Shown here: positions 35,691 to 49,100 of the stretch, piece after piece
Layout: the number at the start of each line of letters is the position of its first letter
Position numbering within the stretch: the first letter of the stretch is position 1
Assembly: GCA_977862235.1 (NCBI GenBank)
Contig: OZ374557.1
Location: 682,001 to 746,000 of the forward strand
Direction: 5' to 3'
Source of the DNA: Dudresnaya verticillata
Lineage: Eukaryota
Length of the DNA: 64,000 nt
The notes under the pieces: generated by a model
Told to the model about the DNA's origin: nothing
What the model saw: only the letters and a program-made list of their open reading frames with translations
Database searches by the model: none
Made by a program: the position numbers and the translations under genes

Positions 35691-36365
35691 TGTGGTGAAA
35701 CGGCCGTTTCGGAGTGCGGACGACAGTTGAGCCGACTCGCGCCCGGCGCACTGGTGAGCTGGCGCCAAAAGCCGAAGCGGAGTACAGTGACACAGTAGCA
35801 CTGTATGCCCTGCTGGAGTCTGCACGCACCACCAATAGGAGCCAAGTAGTTGATTTATTTGTAATTAGGTAATTATAATCATGCTGTACAGTACGTAGTG
35901 TCAGCCGGCCAATGAGAATGCCGAGCACGTCCGCAACGGTGACCGGGACCAGTAGGGCCGGACCCACCTGGTGGACCAGACCCATTGGGGTCTGGCCCAC
36001 ACGGACCGGACCGCGGGGCGTATCTCCCAGTATATTAATGGGTGGCCACCGCGAGTCCTACAGTAAACGGGTACGCAACCCTGGGCAAAGTGACTTACCC
36101 TAAGCCTTACCCTCATCCTCCTTTACGGTTTCCCCTCGCCAGCCCCGTGAACGTATTCCTCTTACCTCCGTCCCGGTGTAGTTGTCCTGGCACTGTACCG
36201 TCTCCCTTGTCTGTTGCGTCCCTTTACTCCTTACAGGTGTTGCCGCTCGAGGTACTCCCTTCGGTCTACGAACTAAGCTCTACCACCCCGATGCCGTGTG
36301 AGATCACTCCTTATTGGGATTGCCTGATCAGCTCTCCTTATAGGTGTGCCTTTCACCTCACCACA
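35691..36365 (+). repeat. Element C 5' LTR
   Basis: Direct repeat of 44948-45622 with about 13 substitutions by manual count. Confidence 0.97.
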
Positions 36366-36529
36366 TCTTTTTGGTCTCCCGACCTAGAAGACCGTCAAGG
36401 TAGAAGAATCTCCGTTGGACTCCGCTTCGGTAGGAGATCAGCTTTGTGACAACTCCGTATTGGTGTAAAGGCAGGACAAGGCAAAACACTCGTTGAATCC
36501 ATTTTGGTAACCTAAGAATAGAAGAACAC

Positions 36530-39117
36530 ATGGCCCCTACCGTATCGGATCAAGGTGAGGTGCCGTCAACCGCGAGATCACGCCGTGGTGACGATAACAC
36601 CGTCCCGGAGGTGCCCTCTACTGCGAGAACACGCCGCAGTGAGCCCACCGAACCGGAGGTAGCCTCAGCTGCGAGAACACGCCGTGGCGATGCTGCCGAC
36701 CTGAACCCCGGTATGGAGAACCCCGAAGAACTCCTTAAAGGTGTAGCCAGTAAGCTCTCTAGATCCCGACCTGGTTCAGACACTTCCCGCAAGGGTATAT
36801 CCAAGCCAGGTGACTCCAATCGTGTCCATTGGATACTTTCGGAGGTCATCCCACGGGTGTTGAGCATCTCCGTATAGAGGTGCAACCCAACATGGTCAAG
36901 GAGGTTGATACCACGCTCGCCGACACCGTTCCGGTCATTGTTAGCTCCTACCTGGAGAAACACCTTCCAGAGTTGGTACAGACGCTCATATGTGAGGAGC
37001 GTCAGGCGTTGGAGATCGAGCAGATGCTCATCCCCGGACAACCCCTACCGGGACCCAAGGAGTAGCCCTTTTCTGGACCTACACCGATACGGAATAACTT
37101 CCCGGTCAAGGGAGAAACGACGTGTATGCCAGAAATCCCCACTCAGGTGCTTCCGCCTGATCCGGTAAGGACAGCGGCAGCCCCTGGGTTACCTACCCAA
37201 ACTCAATACACCGAATTGGATCCAACACACCAACCCCAGCCGAATCGGAGTATGGTCTCTGGGCCCGCAGAAGTTCCTGCGGGGGAACGTATCACCGTGC
37301 CGGTGGCTTCGCGTAGAGGCAGTGAGCACTCCGATGGTGACTTCAAGAAAAACCAAGACCGGGGTGGTAGAGACAGTGCTGACAGAAAGGCCAAGGACTC
37401 CCACTCCGATAAGGAACGTGACCGTTCGCAACGGAGCAAACGCGCTTCGCGACGGGGCAAAGAACACTCCGGTATGGAATCTGATGATAGCCAACACCGC
37501 AATAGGAAGAAGAATAAGCGCAAGTCGCGCCATAGGCGCCGAAAAGGGCATGACTCCTCCCATTCCTCCGGCTCTGATACGAGCTACTCCGATATGGATA
37601 GGGACGAGCGGCGTCGGGCCAGAAAACACGACGCCAAACACCGAGAGGTCGACAGGCCACTCCCAAAGGTGATCCGGCCCCTGAACGACAGGTTCGTGAA
37701 GGCGCTGGATTTCCGAACATACCGACTGGAGAAAAAGAGTTCATACTACAGCTCGAATTTTTCCCAGAATATGGGACGCATCCGCAAAAATCTGGAGGTA
37801 CAAATGAAGTCCCACTCCTTTAACGGTACAGACCCCATCACGATCCTTGGATTTCTCGCGAAGTTCAAGGATGCGTGTAACATCAACTCCATTTCGGAAG
37901 GAACCGCACTGTGGTGTTTCCAGTTTTTCTTGAGTGGACAGGCTGAAGCTTTGGTTCAGGCCCGTCTCGCTGGTGGCACCATGGCGGTCGACGAGGAGCA
38001 AGCAGAGATGCTTCGCACCTATACCGAAGTGGTGAACGTTTTGCTAAGGACTTATGCTACCGATGAGGTGATTGCCGAAGGGTATTCAGACGTAACGTCG
38101 TTTCGACAAACGTCGGCCTTAACGGAAGAGCAATTCTCCAACCAACTTTGGACTAAGGCACTCCGATGCGGTACAGTATTCTCCGACAGGTCCCTCAAGT
38201 CGCTGTTTGTGGAAGGACGCCTCCCGGGAACGTGTCAGCAGATGCGCAATTATCTGGCAACACACCCCCATATGGATTACCAAGCCATCACCCGCTACGC
38301 TAAAGGGCTTGGAGAATCCCATCGGGCAACCAGACGCCAAACCTCAGCGGTGCACGTCTTCGACGGAAAACCTAAGAGTCAGTCACGACGTTCGGGCGTT
38401 CTGTCGATTGGTTCTACATCGGGGTACACCTCCTCGGAGTATCCCGCTGAATTGGAGGAGCACGTGCTCGCCCTGGAAGGTGGCGCGGGTCGAAGCGCCG
38501 GCACCTCGTCCGGGGTTACGTTTACTACAGCGTACTCTTCCCCACCGAGTAGTATCTACCCTACTCCGCCTCGGACTCCCAACCTTCGCCCACCAGCGCC
38601 ACGGATGCCACCACCCCGGAAACCCCGCTACGGACCGGCTGATAGCCGCTACGGCCCCGCCACACACCGTCAGGGGACCACCGGGCAGCATTCCAGCCAT
38701 ATTGGACACCCCCACGGCAGCACGCCTCCCCGTCAAGGGCAGGGCGAACACCGTATTGGAAAACAATCCCCTGCTGCAGAGCATACGTATCACACCTCAC
38801 CGGATGTCAGACGCCTCTATGGAAGCGGCTACTGTCGCTTGTACCTCTCCCCGAACCATGTAATTTGTCCATATCTGAGCGACACCGAAAGGGGTCCCCT
38901 GATGGAAGAGCGTGAGCGCAACTATCAGGCGATCCTCCTCAAGCGGCAGGCCTTCGCCAAATCCAATACGGGAAATCGTCCGCCGGGTAACTACCAGCAA
39001 CGCCCAGCGCGGGGGCTGACTGTAGATGGTGGTGCGGTTGGCGAGCCCCCAGCTAATATGATGGAGGAGGCGCTCATGGCGCACCCCGACTCGGAAAACG
39101 TCGCCGGAGACGTGTAA
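36530..39117 (+). pseudogene. Element C gag (N-terminus disrupted; 663-aa open core)
   Basis: LDFRTYRL..FNGTDPITILGFL..LLRTYAT is homologous to the gags of A and B; degenerate knuckle CRLYLSPNHVIC. Confidence 0.88.
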
Positions 39118-42100
39118 GGGCGTCCCCGTCTCCTCAATGCGACGTGGTACGCCCACCAGCACGGGCTTTGCCGGACTGTCAGCCCGCCACCATTACGGAG
39201 TACCCCCTTGATTTTGTTCCAGAAACCCCCCTTGAATTTCCACCACCCGGTGATTCTGTCTGTGTTCTACAACGGCAGAATTATAAAATCCAGATTACCG
39301 TGGGAAGGAGTAATGACCTCATGTTACCTCTCATCACCGTATTGGATTCTGGTGCTGGGCCAAATCTCATTAACGCCAGACGGCTTCCACGCCACTGGTT
39401 ATCTTTGATTCGCCCCGCTGCCAGTCCACCTTTACGGGATGCGTCCAATAGGTCGATACGCCCGCTTGGTGTCATTCAACTTTTTGTCCGTATCGGAGAA
39501 TTGCGTACTCGAGTCCACTTCCTGGTGGTCGCGAACCTCGCTGCTCCGTGTATTCTGGGAACCAGTTTTATTGATCGCCACTTTCAAGGCGATCCTCCCA
39601 CCGGCACGGAAAGTTGTTTTTCATCACCACTCCCCGGTTTCGCTCATGGGACAACCAGACACTCCAAAAAGGTGGCTGGTTCTACTCTTTAGGGCCGCCC
39701 TGTGTCATCCGCTTCGGTATCGCAAAAGCTCCGACAAGCAAAATCCCTTATTATCCCCCCTATGACCCAATCCCTTGCATTGGTCACCACTCCTACCGGT
39801 GGTTTGTGCTTTCTTCAAAACCATCCATAAGCACCTCACCCTTATGGCTAACGGAGTTATCGATATAATCCCTAACAAACCCTATAAGGTGTGGCTGACT
39901 AGTTTTCCCCCCAAACCGGTGCGGTTACCCAAGTCTACCATCCAGGGCCTCGCTACTGCTGCTCCCTCTGCCATACTCACCGTTAACGGTGTACCTCCAT
40001 TTAAGGAGGGGGGAGGACATATTAATTACTTTCCTACTCCTCCTAATGAAAGCAGCAAGGCTACACCCCAAGATGGATTCAAAGGAAACACCGTATCGGA
40101 ATCAACTACAACCCCTGACACCGATTGGAAAGATAACATCCGTATTGGTGCCAAGGATGAAAAACTCCGCGCTAAGGTGGTTACACTCCTCGAGGAGTTC
40201 AGCACTATGTGGAACGGCGAGTTAGGAAATATAACTGCCGCGAAACACCGTATTGAATTAATGCCTGGTGCCAAACCGGTATATCAAGCACCATATCGGG
40301 CAGGAATTAAACAGCGCGAGCTGGAGAAGGCAGAAGTGGATCGTATGTTGTCCGCTAAGGTGATCGAGCCATCCGCTTCGGAGTGGGCCAGCCCTGTGGT
40401 CTTCGTTCCTAAAAAGGACGGCTCCATGCGGTTTTGTGTCGATTACAGGCGTCTTAATGCTGTCACTGTTCGGGATTCATACCCTTTACCCCGAATGGAT
40501 GAATGTATCGACTCCCTTGGAGAAGCTACAGTATTCACCACCCTGGATTGTAATAGTGGCTACTGGCAAATAGAGATCCCCAAGGAGGAGCGTGACAAAA
40601 CTACCTTCACCAGTCATTTTGGATTATACCGCTTCCGGAGAATGCCTTTTGGGCTCAAGAACGCACCCGCTACTTTCCAACGGGCGGTTGACATCATCCT
40701 ATCTACGGTGAAATGGCAATTTGCCTTAGTCTACCTGGATGATGTGATTGTATATTCTAACACCGTCACGGAGCACTTCGAACACCTTAAGGAGGTCCTC
40801 ACGCTACTCCGTTCCGCAGGTGTAACTCCGAAATTACCAATGTGTGCCTTCTTCGACACTTACGTACAGTATCTGGGCCACATAGTGCGCCCGGGCCAAC
40901 TGGAAGTGGAACGGAAGAATATTCTCGCCGTTAAGGAGGCTAAGCCACCTTCAAACCAAACGGAGTTGCGCTCTTTTCCAGGATTATGTAACGTCTATCG
41001 ACGCTTCGTTCCCAATTTCGCACGCATCGCTTCGCCACTCAATAAAAAAACCGGCAAGGGTCTGGTATTCGAGTTTGGAACTCTCACCGAAACGGAGTTT
41101 AACGCCTTTGAGGAGTTAAAGAGACACCTAATCTCTCCTCCAATATTGGCTTTACCCCGCCATGGTTTCAATTACACGTTGGATACTGACGCTTGTGATT
41201 ACTAAGTTGGGTGTGTCCTTCTCCAGGAGGAACCTAGTGGAGATAATCTACCAGTGGGTTACTGGAGCCGAAGCCTAACCGATGCGGAGAAGAATCACAC
41301 AACCACTGAAAAGGAGTGCCTTGCTGTAGTTTGGAGTATGCTAACGCTACGCCCCTACCTTTACGGTGAAAAGTTTATACTCCGTACGGATCACGACGCA
41401 TTACGCTGGATATTGAGTCTAGCCGATGCGTCTGGACGCTTAGCAAGATGGCGCCTACGCCTATCGGAATTTGAGTTCGAGGTACAATACCGCCCTGGAA
41501 TCAAGCACCAATTCACAGACGGTATGTCGAGACTCCGAACAGGTGGTGTTAACAAAGCTGAGTTGGATGAGGAAGTGCCTTGCTTCGTTATGGAATCGAC
41601 TCCTAATGGTGTAGTGCAACATGGTGTGCGACTAACCAATTGGAAACAGACCCAGCAGCCGGATGCCGCGAGCAGCCTTTTCCTAGGCGTTGAAAGTGGA
41701 GACATCGAAACGGATACTATGCCTGAAAAGGATACCGTACCACCCACTCCACTCCAGCAAACGGTCATCCAACAAGAGGATATGCGCAATGAGACCCTTA
41801 CCCGTGAGGAGTTCATAGCCGCTCAAGCAACAGATACTTTCTGCAAGCTTAAAGTCGAATCGGTGGGATCCCCTGGATCACAATTTGACAACGACCGACA
41901 TGGATTTCTTGTGCGCAAGTCTGCCCTCGACGGCGCACTCCAAAAGGTGGTACCGCAACAGATGCGTGGCAGGGTCCTGTATCTCGCCCACTACACCCTC
42001 ATGTCGGGACACCCTGGCGGAATTAAGATGTACTACACCTTACGGAGAGACTACTATTGGCCACATATGGCTAACGATGTATTCGAGACCGTTCGGAGTT

Positions 42101-43506
42101 GCCGCTCATGTGTCAAAACCAAGGGCTCGCGGCTTAAGCATCAGAAGTTCATGAAGCTATTTCCCGCGAGTGGCCCACTGGAGTTTGTCGCTACGGATAT
42201 ACTGGGCCCGCTGCCGAAAACCAAACGGGGATACGTCTTTGTACTGGTCATCACCGATCGGTTTTCTAAACTAACACGGTGCATCCCGTTACGGACGATT
42301 ACAGCCGTCGTGGTGGCGAATGCATTTTTAGACCATTGGGTGCATGCGTATGGAGCACCTATATTTGTACTCACCGACAATGGAAGACAGTTCATGGCGA
42401 AGTTCTTCGACGCTATCTGTGCCCTACTCGGAGTGCGGCATTTGTTGACCGCTGCCTATCACCCGCAAACCAACGGGCAAGCCGAGCGGTTTAACAAAAC
42501 CATAGCGCAGCGCCTCCGACACTACGTCGAGGATCACCACACCGATTCGGATTTATACCTACAGCCGTTGACCTACTCCTATAATATGTAGGTACACCGG
42601 ATTACGGATACTACTCCCTTTGACCTGGTGTTAACTCGACACCCATCGGATATTATTGTGCGTGGCACCCCTGTGGAGTTGGAAGAAACCGTTACGGAGG
42701 GGCGTATGACTCCCGTACTCCAAAAGCGGGGAACCAGGCGGCGTTTGCGCTATGCCCTACAGAAGGCGCAGACCAAGCAAACTACAGCCCAGTTGAAGTC
42801 GAAGGCCCTCTTCGACCGTAAGGTGCGTTTCCGACCGGTGGTTCGCGGTGGCGATCAAGTCTACGTAGATCGCCCGCCGCGTAATCTACGACCCACCGAA
42901 CGGAAGGAACGCGACCGATTGGGTCAAGGCCCTGACCACGTCGGTGAATTTGCGGAGCAAATGAAGAAGCTCCTCCCAAGATCGACAGGCCCCTACGAGG
43001 TTCATACCGCAACGGACACTGTAGTCACTATTAAGAAGGATGGCGTCCTGATTCCCATCAGCATCGATCGCATCACTAAGGTACCGATTGGAGTTCCTGT
43101 GCAACTGGCGCCGCTATTGGCTCCGTCAGTTACACCATACACCGACGTGGACGGTACAGTACCCCGGCAGACGGGGGGCACTACAGTAGTACCCCAAACA
43201 CCAGGTGGTATTACTGTAACGCCCCAAACGCCAGGCGGTATTCCTACCCCCGTTCCGGAGACAATTGACGCCGACACGGAGTATGTTATCGAGCAGATCG
43301 TGGAACACCGCGAAGATCCCACGGGTATGACCTACAAGGTGCGTTGGTACGGCTACCCACCAGACCAGGATACGTATGAACCCGCCGAGGAATTGCCACA
43401 GAACTTTATTCACCGCTATTGGAGTCGCAAACGCCCTCCCGCAGCATCTCCGCGGCGTCGGCGGGAACTGACGCGAGTCACACACACCGAACCGGAATTG
43501 GGATAG
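39118..43506 (+). pseudogene. Element C pol (PR-RT-RH-IN-chromodomain) with frameshifts and two in-frame stops
   Basis: LDSGAGPN; YLDD; TTTEKECLAVVW; YHPQTNGQAERFN; YKVRWYGYPPDQDTYEP. Confidence 0.97.
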
Positions 43507-44947
43507 CGGACCGCTCCTATTGTACGTCCCTAATACGGCGTACGAAACGTGCCCTGAGTGGTTTCCCCAGCGGAATGACCCTGGAGACCATTTCCGGTGG
43601 GACGCCAAGGTCGTGTGCACCGTTTCGGTAATGTGGGGTCTATCGTGTCACAAACACTGGTATTGGAGTGGGAAGTGTGTCGGGGCAACTGCTACGCGAC
43701 ATCGGCATATCACCACGCGCTTTGCCCGCCATTTCCGCCTCGATGGTGTTGCATGCCGCAAAATTCGGCATGACCCCTGGACTCACGGTCACCGAGCCCT
43801 TGCCAAAGGGGCTTCACTCCATATTGGTATGCTCTTCCTTGGTGCCAAACTGGTACCAGCCCGGTTCCCCCGCTGCTTATGCAATTTGGGGCATTGCGCT
43901 GCAAACACAGACATGGGAGTGGAAGCTTGCGGTCGCGTGCGCACGCTGGCTCCAAAACAGGTGTACTGTCACGTTCCGGCTTGCTGCATCGGGCGCGCCG
44001 CCACTTTCTTGGAGTATAGAGCCCTGGCAACTAGCTCCGAACAGTTACCACGGCCGCATACACCGTTCTGGTATCGAGGGAGACGATACCCGGAAGTTTC
44101 CGCCTCTCGGCGACTGTGCGCGTACCCTTCTGGAGTCCGATTCCGGTCTACCGCCGTCGCTTCAAGCACAGTTTTTTCGGATTTCCACACCACTGGAGCT
44201 CAGGTTAATATATTAATGTTGACATTAATCTAATGTCTTTTCTTAACATTAATATATTAACTAATATATTAATGTTAATATATTGAAATTAATATATTCC
44301 GCCGGGACGGTGCTGCCCGTGCAAGAAGGGCCGCGTCCAAGAGTCGGAAAGGAACAAGCTTTAGGCTTCGCACACGATGTCGTTGGGATGTTGTGACACC
44401 GTTTCGCGCCACATGTGAGCAATTACCGAAAAATCGGGCATAGCTTTCCCCATGTTGTCAACAGCCACTGCATGGCACACCGTATTGGAGTATGTTTCGG
44501 TACTGGCTCCGCCAAAGGACCCCGGGCGTCTCTGGAATATGTTTCGCTCAAACGTCGTTATGGTTTCTGTGCTGCGTCCACACCGCGACACTGGCTGGAA
44601 GTGAAATGGAGCGGGAGACCAAGTTCAAATTTCGGCATGGTTTCCTCATACCGTTAACGGCCACTACAGCGCACATCGCAAGGGATTATTTGCGAATCCG
44701 ATTGGAGTCCTTCGGTCATTGATCGCGAACCACCTGGTGGACCCGCACTCTATTTTGGTGTGATAGACTTTGGCTTTGGGTATACGCGCGAGGCAGATTT
44801 TTCCGAAACGGGGATGGCACGGTGACCACACCCGATCACAGCAGCCTGTTACGGAGCCGTTACGGTGTGAATGGAACGAAACCAATACGGTCTGGACGAA
44901 AACCGAAGCGGGCGCACGAGGACGTGTCGCCATTTAAGGAGGGGGTC

Positions 44948-45622
44948 TGTGGTGAAGCGGCCGTTTCGGAGTGCGGACGACGGTTGAGCCGACTCGCACC
45001 TGGCGCACTGGTGAGCTGGCGACAAAAGCCGAAGCGGAATACAGTGACACAGTAGCACTGTATGCCCCGCTGGAGTCTGCGCGCACCACCAATAGGAGCC
45101 AAGTAGTTGATTTATTTGTAATTAGGTAATTATAATCATGCTGTACAGTATGTAGTGTCAGCCGGCCAATGAGAATGCCGAGCACGTCCGCAACGGTGAC
45201 CGGGACCAGTAGGGCCGGACCCACCTGGTGGACTAGACCCATTGGAGTCTGGCCCACACGGACCGGACCGCGGGGCGTATCTCCCAGTATATTAATGGGT
45301 GGCCACCGCGAGTCCTACAGTAAACGGGTACGCAACCCTGGGCAAAGTGACTTACCCTAAGCCTTACCCTCATCCTCCTTTACGGTTTCCCCTCGCCAGC
45401 CCCGTGCACGTATTCCTCTTACCTCCGTCCCGGTGTAGTTGTCCTGGCACTGTACCGTCTCCCTTGTCTGTTGCGTCCCTTTACTCCTTACAGGTGTTGC
45501 CGCTCGAGGTACTCCCTTCGGTCTACGAACTAAGCTCTACCACCCCGATGCCGTGTGAGATCACTCCTTATTGGGATTGCCTGATCAGCTCTCCTTATAG
45601 GTGTGCCTTTCACTTCACCACA
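44948..45622 (+). repeat. Element C 3' LTR
   Basis: Direct repeat of 35691-36365. Confidence 0.97.
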
Positions 45623-46138
45623 AAGCTGTTGTCTGTTACGGGTACCCCCCGCAGCTCCCTGAGCTGCGATCGCAACATCGATGTTTGGATCATCTTGAGG
45701 GCAAGAAGACTGCCGAGGAGAAACGTCCGTCCGTTCAGCAGTTTGTAATGGACAGTTCGAACTACCGCGCGGCCGCACTACCAGTAGTACAGCACAATGG
45801 TGCGGCAGCCCGTCCAGGCTGTAGCCAGGATTGCGGCAAAGAAAATGCCCCAACAGCCCAGTAAAAGGCTCATGCTCTTAATTGTAGTCTGGGTTTATTC
45901 GATAGCGACGACGAGGATGACCTCAGGGTGAGTCTGCCGTCGTGAAAATCGCACTCTGTGCGCAGAAAAGTCACTAAACCTCAAGGGAAGACGGGAAAAG
46001 CTATACTGGATTCGAGTTCGGAAAACTCCAGCTCGCACGCATCACGAAGCCCGAGCAGTAGCGTCGCGGCTATCCCACGTTCCCCACCCCGGAGCCCTTC
46101 ACTCTCCCCGATTCTGGTTTTACCACCTCGCGTCACGG

Positions 46139-49100
46139 GTGTCAGGAAAGATCGCTTTCTCGTGTGCACAACTGCGAGCTGTGCTGATTATGCTGCTTCC
46201 TTCTCCCGTACAGGGTTCTTCTTCACAAAAACACTACGTTAGGAAGGTTGAGGGGGATGAAAACCACGACGTCAAGGCACGATTCCGTTGCGTGCGCCAG
46301 GGAGCTCCACATGGGAAGAGGGATATTTGTAAGGTTTCTTTTGTCTGCCACCAGCGCATTAATGGTAAAGGATGGGATGTATGGGCTGGGTTGGAGGATG
46401 TACACTGTTGCCATAACCATCCAGCAGAGCTGAACCATCCGAGGCATATGTACCAGAAAAAGATGGATGAATACTATAGAGACAATGAACTTGTTGCCTA
46501 TCTACCACCACGAAGCACGCCGCCTCATAGTACGATCAACCTCAATCTCAGGCCGATTCGTGCTGGGCACCATGGCCCTAAATCGCCGTCCAGCGGCTCC
46601 TGCCCGGATGCAGTATTTCACGTGAAATGTTCATCCAGCGGCGCTAGCCCGGATGGTGATTCTATCAAGACCCGTTTTGCAGCTGTATCTCGCGTTCGCC
46701 AAGGTCCGGTAGTGCTACATGACGCCATTGAGAGCGACGACGAAATCATTGATCTTGTATGTACACTGCGGCATTCCGTGCCGCAACAAGGCGACAAGGA
46801 TGACGCTTTATCGCCTGGGGTTGCAGAGAAGGAAACAGTATAGAGATAAGTGCGATTGATACGCCAACCTTTGACCTTATGATGACATTGACTGCTTTCG
46901 TTGAACATCTAGGCTCGCATACCACCGGAACAGATGTCAAGAAAGGGATATTGGAAATTTGTGAGGGATTTGGGCTGGACTGTGCGGTACAACAATCCGA
47001 CTACACGAAAGCAAGAGACGGAGGACGGGGTGCTTCAAAACTTGTCTGTATTGAGAATCAGTGTCCTTTTGAAATCAGAGTGACGAGTTCACTGGTTGCC
47101 CATGGAGTCAGTACAGAGGGCGAGAATGAACTAACCTCTAAGGTGAGGACCTACTATATCGACTTTTCTGCTGATGACCATAATCACGCTCCACGGACTC
47201 ATATTTTTCGGTCTAGGTTGCCTAGTGAGGTGTTCAACGAGGCTGATGAAATGCACAAGAAATGCTTTGTTTCGTTTGCCGACATAGTTCGCTTCTTAGA
47301 GCATAAGTATGGGTTCGTCTGCGACAACCGTAGATTTCGAAGGCAACTCACAAGGCACACTGCTCAGGGGAATCCTAAAGAGCTTGTAGCTCAGCGCTTG
47401 ATTCACGACTTAATGAATATTCGTAATAGTGACTCTGGGGCATTCTGTCAGCTCCTTCAACGACAAGAAGACAGCACTCTTCTCTCCGTTTTGTAGTCCC
47501 ATTCCGAATGGAGATCGTATTACTATCGTTATGGCGTACTGCCGGGCATATGTGTGGATTTCAAAGCCAAAGGGAATGAGTACCTCATGAATCTCGTTAC
47601 TGTGAATGGCCGCACCAACTGTGGAAGAGTATTTACTGCCATGATGGGTTTTCTCAGTGATGAGACAACAGAAACCATTCGATGGTTCTTCCGTATGTTC
47701 AAACAGTGCTACAGTACCCCTCTGGCCATGGTTGCTATGGACCAGAGTGCTGCCTGCATGGATGCTTGTCGTTGTATTCTGCAAAGTAGCTATGTTACCC
47801 TGGACGAGTGGCATCTTAACCAGAATCAGAGAAGAAACATTATGGTCCATCTTCAATCCATTCGTCGCACTAAGCTTTACGACGTGATGTCCGCGCAGTT
47901 GTTCATCTTGAGGAAATCAGATATTGTGGAACGGTTCGAACAGCGTCGCACTGCGTTTGATAACAAGTATTTTAGGGCCTTTGAGATGCCGCCACCGAAG
48001 TGGATTAACTACCTATATTACGGTGAATGCAGGACGCTCATTGACTGTTTCAACAAAAGAGCCTGCGAATAACCCTTTCTATTCCAAGGTAGTGGTTACA
48101 CAGAAGCATCCAACTCTGAATACAGAGAAGTTGTCGCTGGGAAGAAGATAGCGATGGAAATTGTACCGCAAGTTATGAAAAGGGTGACGGGGAAGCGGAG
48201 AATTGCCAGAGCCGCGGAGAAGGTTAAAATTCGGTCTTCAGCATACTGCGCCAAGTTTGAAACGTCCTGTGGCATCGGAAGGGTACGGGCCATGGAACTT
48301 TGTGGCAGATATACAAAGTACTGCCTAGACATGTTCTTCAATTTAAGTATATTGAAATCTACAGATTTTGCCGCTTTTTGAGACAAGAGTGGAGCGTAGG
48401 GACGTTACATCTTGCGCAATGAACCCGCGTAGCCGGCGAAGAATCCCGCGTGGAGAGCAACGGGTCGCAGTGTTTCGAGTCGGGTGGAGGAGGTAAGGCT
48501 CGCGTCATACACACACTCATCCTTCCCAATCCCACCCCCAGCCCCATTGCATCCAGCCGAAAGCAATAATGCGACTGTTAGTCGTCACGTTCAGGCAACC
48601 ACCGAGGGTGATATCGTATCCGAACTTTCAGATGGCGAAGAGTAACGACCACAGGCAAGCTTATTTTCGTCCCTCATCGCTTTGAGTCAGAGACTGGAGG
48701 GCCGCGGGCTGCGACGTGCGGAGTTGGGGACGGGAGTTGCAGCTCCAGAACCATCCGCTGTTCACAGTAGTGAGCATGCCGCCGGGCCCGCGATCGAAAT
48801 AGTTGGTGATCAAACGAGGAACAGACTAGAAAATATAACGGATCTAGGTGTTGCACTGGCTACCATAGAGGAAGAGCATCAGTTAGTTTCCTACTGCATA
48901 TGCTAAGAAGTCGTTGTGCTGCGAACTGAAGAGATGGGACAATGTACTCGTGCACATGCAGGCTTTCAAGAAGTTCAGGTTTCCCATTTGCCCGTATGGT
49001 GCGGACGGCTTTGGTGTAGGAGGAACTCAGGGTTCTTCAACCATCGGTGACTAGTTGCGTGGGAAACTCATTACCAATTGAAGATCTTTTCCAAACTTAT

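Larger units (their letters stand above)
35691..45622 (+). mobile_element. Full-length Gypsy chromovirus element C (9.9 kb)
   Basis: 675-bp LTRs (TGTGGTGA..TCACCACA), TSD AAGCT on both sides, PBS at 36372, and PPT AAGGAGGGGG before 44948. Confidence 0.97.

Noticed and set aside
43520..44233. 237-aa and 182-aa ORFs downstream of element C integrase
   Set aside because: Non-ATG starts, overlapping frames and no similarity to the accessory family; probably chance ORFs in GC-rich DNA.
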